Part shown: piece after piece, positions 1-6,706 of the stretch
Layout of the letters: every line of letters begins with the position of its first letter
Numbering within the stretch: position 1 is the first letter of the stretch
Source: Promethearchaeum syntrophicum
GTDB lineage: Archaea > Asgardarchaeota > Lokiarchaeia > Sigyniarchaeales > Promethearchaeaceae
Length of the DNA: 32,000 nt
Direction of reading: 5' to 3'
NCBI RefSeq assembly: GCF_008000775.2
Contig: NZ_CP042905.2
Coordinates: forward strand, 600,001 to 632,000
Program-made: the position numbers and the translations under genes
The notes under the pieces: generated by a model
Databases searched by the model: none
What the model was told of the DNA's origin: nothing
Seen by the model: only the letters and a program-made list of their open reading frames with translations

Positions 1-363
1 CATCCCTACATAAGAACTTGTAGCTTTATACTGTCCTACCCAAATGGGATAGAATTTCAATTCTCGGCTTGTGATTATTGCTGAAGTTTCAAAATCCTGA
101 GGGGCTCCCGGAACTTTTTTAATCCAATCTTCCATTATAGATTGAGCTTCTTGACCATTGTAATGACAACGTATAATGTAATGATCTTTGATTATGTATG
201 TGCTTTTTGCTTCTTCGGTCAAATTTTCACCAGTAATATTGGAACCATCGGGACCGACCATCAGAGAAACTTGAATGGCGGTTCCACAGAAGTCACAAGT
301 ATGGATGGGGCTAGGGGGAACTTCAAGATCAGCTGCACAATTTGGACATACTATTTTTACCAT
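1..363 (-). CDS. Zinc-ribbon protein, N-terminal 121 aa (gene runs off the left edge); paralog of the 365..1456 product
   Basis: Not in the ORF track because it is open-ended. Hand translation of the minus strand from ATG 363..361 (GGAGGT 8 nt upstream) gives MVKIVCPNCAADLEVPPSPIHTCDFCGTAIQV...LKFYPIWVGQYKATSSYVGM with no stop down to position 1. The CPNC..CDFCG ribbon and FYPIW motif mirror CTNC..CEYCG and YLPYW in the neighbouring gene. Confidence 0.6.
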   Translation of the reverse strand, partial: MVKIVCPNCAADLEVPPSPIHTCDFCGTAIQVSLMVGPDGSNITGENLTEEAKSTYIIKDHYIIRCHYNGQEAQSIMEDWIKKVPGAPQDFETSAIITSRELKFYPIWVGQYKATSSYVGM

Positions 364-364
364 C

Positions 365-1456
365 TTATTTACCTCCTCTTAACGCCTTTTTTGCGGCTTT
401 TAATGATATACGACGTTCCTTTTTAATTTCTTTCATGGATGATTTTTCCAGCTGCATTTTAAACGCTTTTCGGATGGGAATGGCACTACAACTGATACCC
501 ACCACTCCCAATATTATCAAAATTATTCCTATCACAGCAGTGTCTTCTATAGCTGACATTTGAATTCCGAAATTTCCTAAGATCGCTGAAACCAAAATCA
601 ATACCGTCCCCAAAACATAATTTATAATCCTTTGTTTCGTGGTGATGGGAACTTCACCCTTAACCACCTTTCCGGAATCTCCAGCTACCGAGACCTTATA
701 GATTTTATCCTCAAGTCGATAGCGGACCGACCATAAGGGTGAATGCACGTAAAGTGGATTTTCCACGGTGATTTCCGAGTCACAACGAACCAATTTATGG
801 AGATTTGAAGCGGCCATTGACCGATTTTTATTTTCAATATCGCCATATGCTTCCATTTGAGCTTCATTGGGCTCCACTTCCGCATTTATAAATTCTGAAT
901 TGGCATCTTTGACTTTCTCAAAATCAAAATCAACCACATTATCAAGAAACAAAGTTGAATTAAATTCTGAAAACCCATAAAAAGCAGTATGTTTGCGGGC
1001 AATAATATTCTGTTTACCATTTCTGGAAAAATTTCCTTTCGTATCTTTCCAGACGGTCACTTGATATGCTTCTTGGTAAGTTTCCGTCCTTTTTTTACCA
1101 TTGGAGTCTGTTACAGTTCTAGTCTTAGTACGATGTCTTGTAACAGACCCTCGCTGCACTCCATAATACTCCGTATGCGATTTAAACGGGACTATCCAAT
1201 ATGGCAAGTAATTAGCTTTGACTTCATCAATGGAAATTGAATTTATATCGGTTTTATTTTTTTTTAAAAATTCAGTAACGTTTGCGCGAATTTCTTTCTG
1301 AGATTTTGTGGGAATCATTTTATGACCAGCCACTTTATTAAAATCCACATCATATGTTTCTCCACAGTATTCGCAAGTAATCACGATATTTTCTGGAGAA
1401 AGTTTTAAGGTTGCACCACAATTAGTGCAAGGTTTTGTAAGCTTACTTTCTGTCAA
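365..1456 (-). CDS. Zinc-ribbon membrane protein of unknown function (N-terminal CxxC..CxxC ribbon, C-terminal two hydrophobic helices)
   Basis: 363-aa ORF. N-terminus has CTNCGATLKLSPENIVITCEYCG. C-terminus has INYVLGTVLILVSAILGNF and AVIGIILIILGVVGISCSAI hydrophobic stretches. Its stop is 1 nt from the next start, so it looks operonic with the SPFH gene upstream. Confidence 0.7.
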   Translation of the reverse strand: MTESKLTKPCTNCGATLKLSPENIVITCEYCGETYDVDFNKVAGHKMIPTKSQKEIRANVTEFLKKNKTDINSISIDEVKANYLPYWIVPFKSHTEYYGVQRGSVTRHRTKTRTVTDSNGKKRTETYQEAYQVTVWKDTKGNFSRNGKQNIIARKHTAFYGFSEFNSTLFLDNVVDFDFEKVKDANSEFINAEVEPNEAQMEAYGDIENKNRSMAASNLHKLVRCDSEITVENPLYVHSPLWSVRYRLEDKIYKVSVAGDSGKVVKGEVPITTKQRIINYVLGTVLILVSAILGNFGIQMSAIEDTAVIGIILIILGVVGISCSAIPIRKAFKMQLEKSSMKEIKKERRISLKAAKKALRGGK

Positions 1457-1539
1457 TATTTTTCACCTGTAATGCTTCATACATAAAATGAAAGTTATTT
1501 AATAGTAAATTTGTAAAAAAAAAAAAAGGTAGAAAAAAT

Positions 1540-2667
1540 TTATTGTTTTGCCCCACATTTCTCGCAAAATCGCTGACCAGGATCCAACGGGTCTCCACAC
1601 TTATAACATTTTAAAGGACCAGCAGGATGACCACATTGTTCACAGAATTTTTGTCCTTCATCAAGCGGGTCTCCACAATTTTTGCAAAGATCTTCTGAAG
1701 CGGGTGTACCACATTTATCACAGAATTTCTCATCTTTATCAAGTGGATCTCCACATTTTTTGCATTTACCACCTTCACCAGTTGATTTGGGTACTGCTGG
1801 GGGGTGGGGATCCTTTCCACAATTAGAACATGCTTTGGCATCTAATTTTAATTGAGTGCCACAATGAGCGCAAGTCATAAAATCGCCTCCACCACCAGCA
1901 ACTGCCCCAGTTTTCATTCCTCCGCTCATAATATAAGCTGATGCTGCTCCTCCTGTAGATTTACCCAATTCCTTCGCTACATCCTTTTGGGTTTCCGCAG
2001 CCATAACTGAACCTGCACCAACACCACCAGTCTGCATGAAGAATAATCTGTCGCGATATTTCTCTTCTGTATCGATTTTTAAGAATTTTACATCGATTAA
2101 TTCCAAACCAATTTTAGTAAATGCAGTTTGAATTTCTGCTTTCACAGCTGTGGAAGTTTCTTTCAATTTCCCATAAACTTGCCGCAAAGTGTATTGAGAG
2201 AGCGCTCCAATCAAATTCTCATTGAAATATCCCCGAATATAGTTGTTAACTGCCATTGTTGTAAATAGGTTATTGTTTCCACAAATTTCAAGCACAAATT
2301 TTTGAGGATCTGCAATTTTAAACCAATATTGTCCGTTGAACATTAACGGGGCTAATTCTTGCGTTTGGGTACGCCCACCGAATTTTCCATCAAATTGCGA
2401 TTTACTTACAAAAATACAAGAGGCTTCAAAAACATCGCCTACAAATAGTTTGATTAAACCGCCTAACAATGGGAGATCCATTGTTTTTATCATATGTCTA
2501 CCAGGACCAAATAAATCAAGGGCTTTTCCATCTTTAAAGAACATTCCCCATTGACTTTCTGTCACAATTATGGTAGAACCCCAATTGAGTCGATTACTGG
2601 GAAAACGCCAGACAATATCTCCGGGTCGGGCATCTTTCCATTCGACTACCATTCCGCCGAGTGCCAT
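1540..2667 (-). CDS. SPFH/Band-7-like (stomatin/prohibitin superfamily) protein with C-terminal array of four double zinc ribbons
   Basis: 375-aa ORF. The N-terminal ~230 aa (IVWRFPSN...GSTIIVTESQWGMFFKDGK...FGPGRH) resembles the SPFH family with a C-terminal Zn-ribbon. The tail holds CAHCG..CSNCG, CKKCGDPLDKDEKFCDKCG, CKNCGDPLDEGQKFCEQCG and CYKCGDPLDPGQRFCEKCG. Confidence 0.8.
   Translation of the reverse strand: MALGGMVVEWKDARPGDIVWRFPSNRLNWGSTIIVTESQWGMFFKDGKALDLFGPGRHMIKTMDLPLLGGLIKLFVGDVFEASCIFVSKSQFDGKFGGRTQTQELAPLMFNGQYWFKIADPQKFVLEICGNNNLFTTMAVNNYIRGYFNENLIGALSQYTLRQVYGKLKETSTAVKAEIQTAFTKIGLELIDVKFLKIDTEEKYRDRLFFMQTGGVGAGSVMAAETQKDVAKELGKSTGGAASAYIMSGGMKTGAVAGGGGDFMTCAHCGTQLKLDAKACSNCGKDPHPPAVPKSTGEGGKCKKCGDPLDKDEKFCDKCGTPASEDLCKNCGDPLDEGQKFCEQCGHPAGPLKCYKCGDPLDPGQRFCEKCGAKQ
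1543..1905 (-). repeat. Intragenic tandem repeat encoding the CxxCGDPLDxxxxFCxxCG double zinc-ribbon units
   Basis: Three near-regular 19-aa units plus one divergent unit are visible in the C-terminus of the 1540..2667 product. Confidence 0.7.
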
Positions 2668-3020
2668 AAAAGTTCACATTGTTTTTATTTCATATTGCTA
2701 AAGATTAGAACGATTTCTTGGGAAAAAATAACTTTAGCACATCCCTAAAATAATTAAGAAGATCGGACTTAAAAGATGATCTCGAGAATATCGAATTTCT
2801 TAATTTTGAATGCTAATGAAATATTTTAAAATGGTTTTTTCCAGAAATTTAATGAACTCCTGATGCAGTGAGAAATTTTAATTAAAGGCATCCGTTTGCA
2901 ATGTATTTTCAGAAAATATGGAATGAAATACATCTACAAATAAGAATAAGGATAATGGGAACAATGATCCTTAATTTAATCGTTAAGATTGAGAAAAAAA
3001 AAGATAAAAAAAAATTAAAT

Positions 3021-3503
3021 TTAATCTCGGTGAAGATGATGATCCCACAATCCATCTTTTTTGCCTTGTAATTCATAGGTCGCCATTAACTCATTGGATT
3101 GCGATTCTTCTTCAATTTGTTCGTGAACAAACCATTGTAACATTTCTATAGCTTCATATTCTTTCTTTTCATATGCAAGTTCTAATAACCCTCGAATCTT
3201 CTTTGTAATGAATTCTTCATGTTCGATGGTTGCTTTAATGGTAGCTTCGGTGTTTGGATATTCAGTCGGGACTTCTCCGATTGTATTCAATTTTACATGC
3301 CCGCCAGTTTCAATAATATAATTCATAAAGCGTTCTGCATGTTCATATTCTTCTTTAAATTGTTTTTTCATCCACGCTGCATAATTATGCAGAGAACGCT
3401 CTTCTGCCCAAAGAGAGATGCCTAAATATATATAACCAGATTTTAATTCTTCGGTTATTTGAGCGTTAATTGCATCATTCATTTCTTTACTAATTAATGT
3501 CAT
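3021..3503 (-). CDS. ftn: Ferritin-like iron-storage protein
   Basis: 160 aa. MNDAINAQITEELKSGYIYLGISLWAEERSLHNYAAWMKKQFKEEYEHAERFMNYI matches the ferritin four-helix-bundle diiron ligand pattern (E..E..H, E..E). Confidence 0.85.
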   Translation of the reverse strand: MTLISKEMNDAINAQITEELKSGYIYLGISLWAEERSLHNYAAWMKKQFKEEYEHAERFMNYIIETGGHVKLNTIGEVPTEYPNTEATIKATIEHEEFITKKIRGLLELAYEKKEYEAIEMLQWFVHEQIEEESQSNELMATYELQGKKDGLWDHHLHRD

Positions 3504-3694
3504 TTGTAATCAAATATGGATAAGAAAATGTCTTAATTAAAACTGATTATTTATACTATAAATCGATTTTGCTAGTTTAATTATAATTTGTAAAGGAAAA
3601 ATGAATTGTCTTTCATTTATTAAAACCCATTTTATATTTTCTTTCTTTTTTATTAGAAGTAGTCTTTTTTATCCTAGCTCTCAGTAATTATTTA

Positions 3695-3937
3695 ATGTCA
3701 AACGAAGAAAAACCAAAAATTTCTCTTGATTGCATTGGATTATTTTGCCCCGAGCCGTTATTTGAAACACGTGAGAAGATAGATTCTATTGATGTTGGCG
3801 ATGTTCTAGAAGTATTTGCAGATGATCCCGCAGCTGAAGAAGATTTGAAGCGATTTTGTAAAAGAACTGGCCACTCTCTTCTTAAATTTGAGAATAATAA
3901 TGGTGAATTTCGATTTTTAATTAAAAAAGAAAAATAA
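3695..3937 (+). CDS. tusA: TusA/SirA-family sulfurtransferase
   Basis: 80 aa. LDCIGLFCPEPLFETREKI contains the family CPxP active-site motif. The size is typical. Confidence 0.85.
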   Translation: MSNEEKPKISLDCIGLFCPEPLFETREKIDSIDVGDVLEVFADDPAAEEDLKRFCKRTGHSLLKFENNNGEFRFLIKKEK

Positions 3938-3944
3938 ATTAGAG

Positions 3945-4316
3945 ATGAAAAAAATGAAAAATGAAAACTCAATTTTATATGTACAGACAAGTGATGATGC
4001 GGAACGTCAATATTCTCCCCTAGTTTTGGCTCAATCTGCAAAAGCGATGGATATTGATGCAAAAGTCTATTATCTTGGCCAAGGTTTACGAACTCTCAAA
4101 CCTGAAACTGCAAAAAACATTAAACTCGGAAATTTCCCGAGTATTGAAGAAATGATTCAAAAAACTCTAGATATGGGTATAGAAATTTTTGTGTGTGAAG
4201 CATCTAAACAAATGCTCGGTTGGGACAAAGTTACATTAGTTCCTGGTTGTAAAATTGTTGGAGCTGCAACCTTGAATGATTTAGTTCTAGATGCTGGCGC
4301 AACAATGTGGTTTTAA
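3945..4316 (+). CDS. dsrE: DsrE/DsrF-like sulfur-relay family protein
   Basis: 123 aa, starting 8 nt after tusA. ILYVQTSDDAERQYSPLVLAQSA...VYYLGQGLRTL...FVCEASKQMLGW fits the DsrE-fold pattern with a conserved Cys. Confidence 0.7.
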   Translation: MKKMKNENSILYVQTSDDAERQYSPLVLAQSAKAMDIDAKVYYLGQGLRTLKPETAKNIKLGNFPSIEEMIQKTLDMGIEIFVCEASKQMLGWDKVTLVPGCKIVGAATLNDLVLDAGATMWF

Positions 4317-4422
4317 TTATAATTAAGCCCTTTTTTCTTACTTGTTAATTACAAAAAAAAATATAGAAAAATGAGAATAGGGTTAGAAAATAAAAGAAAT
4401 ATCAAATAAAAGGAAAAAAAAA

Positions 4423-5610
4423 ATGTTAGAAACAAATAAGAAACAAATATACTTGGATTACCAATCATCAAAACCAGTAGATCCCCGAGTAATTGATGCA
4501 ATGATTCCCATTTTTAATGAAAAATATGGAAATCCCTCATCCCTTCATGGAATCGGTGATCAAGCAACTGATCTCCTCGAAAAAAACCGTGAAATCATCG
4601 GAAAATTCATTAATGCGGACTCAAACGAAATTCTATTTACAAGTAGTGCCACCGAATCGATTAACCTCGGCATTTTGGGTTATGCACTACGAAATAAAAG
4701 AAATGGTAACCACATTATTATCTCGGAAGTCGAGCATATTTCATTACATAATATCGCAAAATATCTTGAAAAAAACGGTTTTCGAGTCTCAAAAGTGCCT
4801 GTTGATCAATATGGTCGTGTTAAAATAAACAAAATTAAATCTCGCATTACCGACCAAACTATTCTGATCTCAGTTCAGATGGCAAATAATGAAATCGGAA
4901 CTATTCAACCAATTAAAGAAATCGGAGAAATCGCATCCGAACATAATATTCCCTTTCACACTGATGCTGTTGCTGCTGAAGGGCAAATCCCGATTGACGT
5001 AAAAAAAAATAACATCAATATGTTAACTTTAAGTAGCAATGATATCTATGGTCCAAAAGGAGTGGGTGTATTGTATTTGAAGAAAGGTATTCGAGTTCAA
5101 CCTCAAATTATAGGAGGAGGACAAGAACGTGGATTTCGTTCTAGTACAGAAAACATATCTGGAATTGTTGGAATGGGAAAAGCGGTGGAAATTGCACAGC
5201 AAGAAATGGAAAGTGAATCCAAACGATTAATTGGTTTTAGAGAAAAAATAATTAAGGAAATTATAGAAGGAATTCCACAAACATATCTAAATGGCCATCC
5301 AACAGATAGACTACCAAACAATTCACATTTCAGATTTGAAGCAATAGAAGGGGAATCCATTCTTCTATCTTTTAAAGATCTGGGAATTGCAGTATCTACT
5401 GGATCAGCATGCAGCTCGAAAACATTGGAACCGTCTCACACATTAATTGCTACGGGACTTTTACATGAAGAAGCTCACGGGTCTCTTGAAATTACCACAG
5501 GAAGATTTACAACTCCTAATGATGTTGAGAAAATGATTGAAGTAACTCCCGGGATTGTCAAAAGATTACGGGATTTATCACCTCTCTACAAGGAAAAACC
5601 CGAAAATTAA
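4423..5610 (+). CDS. iscS: IscS/NifS-family cysteine desulfurase homolog lacking the PLP-binding lysine
   Basis: 395 aa. Class V aminotransferase motifs are present: FTSSATESINL, ANNEIGTIQP, HTDAVAAEG and the Cys loop STGSACSS (Cys codon 5410-5412). The canonical SGHK(I/L)YGPKG reads SSNDIYGPKG (Asp codon 5041-5043). Confidence 0.9.
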   Translation: MLETNKKQIYLDYQSSKPVDPRVIDAMIPIFNEKYGNPSSLHGIGDQATDLLEKNREIIGKFINADSNEILFTSSATESINLGILGYALRNKRNGNHIIISEVEHISLHNIAKYLEKNGFRVSKVPVDQYGRVKINKIKSRITDQTILISVQMANNEIGTIQPIKEIGEIASEHNIPFHTDAVAAEGQIPIDVKKNNINMLTLSSNDIYGPKGVGVLYLKKGIRVQPQIIGGGQERGFRSSTENISGIVGMGKAVEIAQQEMESESKRLIGFREKIIKEIIEGIPQTYLNGHPTDRLPNNSHFRFEAIEGESILLSFKDLGIAVSTGSACSSKTLEPSHTLIATGLLHEEAHGSLEITTGRFTTPNDVEKMIEVTPGIVKRLRDLSPLYKEKPEN

Positions 5611-5671
5611 GCTTACTAAAAAATAAAAAAATAAAAAAATAAAAAAATATTCAAAACAGGAAGAGAAAAAA

Positions 5672-6499
5672 ATGAAATCAACAAATTACTCAGAAAAAGT
5701 TTTAGACCACTTCAAAAACCCTAGAAATGTTGGGACTTTAGATGGTGGCGATGTTGCCAGTGGTAGGGTTGGAAACCCGACATGTGGTGATATCATGGAA
5801 ATGTATATTGAAGTGAAGGATGATATCATAAAAGATATCCGATTTCAAACCTTTGGTTGTGGATCTGCTGTTGCTACTTCTTCGATGACAACTGAAATGG
5901 TTAAGGGAATGTCTCTCGATCAAGCATTGAAAGTAACCCGAAAGGATGTTGCAAACGAATTAGATGGTTTACCTCCAATTAAAATGCATTGCAGTAATCT
6001 CGCAGCGGATGCTCTTCATGAAGCGATCCGCAATTACCGCGCAGGAAATTATAATAAAGAACCCACAGGAATAGCGGAAATTAAACCCCAAACTAACGTT
6101 ATTAAAGGTGAAATCGATTATATTGGTAAAGGAGTCTCTTATCAAGTTAAAAATTATGCTGATTATAAAGATCAACGGGTTTTAGTTCTATTTAAAGGAG
6201 ATATTTCAATCGAAATTGCTCTAGAATTAACGAAGCATACTGGTAGGGTAATTTTATTAACCCTTGAAAAAGAAATAAAGAGTGATAATGATTTAAGAAA
6301 GAAACTTCTACGGTCTGATGTTAAACTTTTGTACGAAGCAAAACTCCTGGAAATTCTCGGAGAAGGTGAAGTGGAAAAAGTTAAGATTTTAGACTTAGAT
6401 GAGGAAGATAAATATGATCTTTTTGTAGATTCAGTTATTATTCCCGAACATTTAACTATCCCAAGCACAACTGAATGTTCGGATGATATTCCTCTTTGA
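5672..6499 (+). CDS. iscU: IscU Fe-S scaffold fused to a degenerate thioredoxin-reductase-like NAD(P)H-domain
   Basis: 275 aa. Residues 1-125 are IscU, with GNPTCGD, FGCGS and KMHCSNLA carrying the three ligand Cys. Residues ~145-260 (GKGVSYQVKNYADYKDQRVLVLFKGDISIEIALELTKHTGRVILLT...VEKVKILD...DLFVDSVII) align by eye with the TrxB NADPH domain. Confidence 0.85.
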   Translation: MKSTNYSEKVLDHFKNPRNVGTLDGGDVASGRVGNPTCGDIMEMYIEVKDDIIKDIRFQTFGCGSAVATSSMTTEMVKGMSLDQALKVTRKDVANELDGLPPIKMHCSNLAADALHEAIRNYRAGNYNKEPTGIAEIKPQTNVIKGEIDYIGKGVSYQVKNYADYKDQRVLVLFKGDISIEIALELTKHTGRVILLTLEKEIKSDNDLRKKLLRSDVKLLYEAKLLEILGEGEVEKVKILDLDEEDKYDLFVDSVIIPEHLTIPSTTECSDDIPL

Positions 6500-6706
6500 T
6501 ATTTTTGCTTTTTTTTTCATTTATTTCTATTATTAGAGTTTGACTAATAATTTTATTAATCCCCGAGTATTTCCTTAAAAACTCAATTTAACAGCATATA
6601 AACATTTAATAATGCTTATTTTGATCTAATATGTGACAATTTAGATGAAATTTTGTGAAAATGTAGATATTGTATAAATAGTTCAACTATCTCGGAAAAG
6701 AAAAAA

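Noticed and set aside
142-563. Plus-strand ORFs 142..426 and 342..563 from the track
   Set aside because: They overlap the better-supported minus-strand genes (zinc-ribbon paralogs with an SD-like start and tight coupling). Their translations are low-complexity with no motifs.
2901-2933. 8-bp inverted repeat atgtattt..(17 nt)..aaatacat upstream of the SPFH operon
   Set aside because: It is short and AT-only, about 235 nt from the start codon, and occurs once. That is not enough to call a regulator binding site.
3688-4062. 124-aa minus-strand ORF antisense to tusA/dsrE
   Set aside because: It lies opposite two ORFs with clear family motifs (CPxP TusA, DsrE). Ser/Phe-rich antisense translations of this kind are typical of AT-rich coding DNA. 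The same reasoning applies to the other nested or antisense track ORFs (e.g. 685..885, 1548..1826, 5103..5360, 5969..6468, 7142..7360, 10930..11199, 11196..11378, 13901..14101, 21093..21401, 28134..28322, 29405..29602, 31473..31670).
5618-5650. (aaaaaaat)x4 tandem octamer between iscS and iscU, plus other long A/T homopolymer runs (e.g. 1519-1533, 2994-3013)
   Set aside because: These are low-complexity A-rich spacers common throughout this window. They have no spacer/repeat architecture, so they are not a CRISPR array or a structured element.
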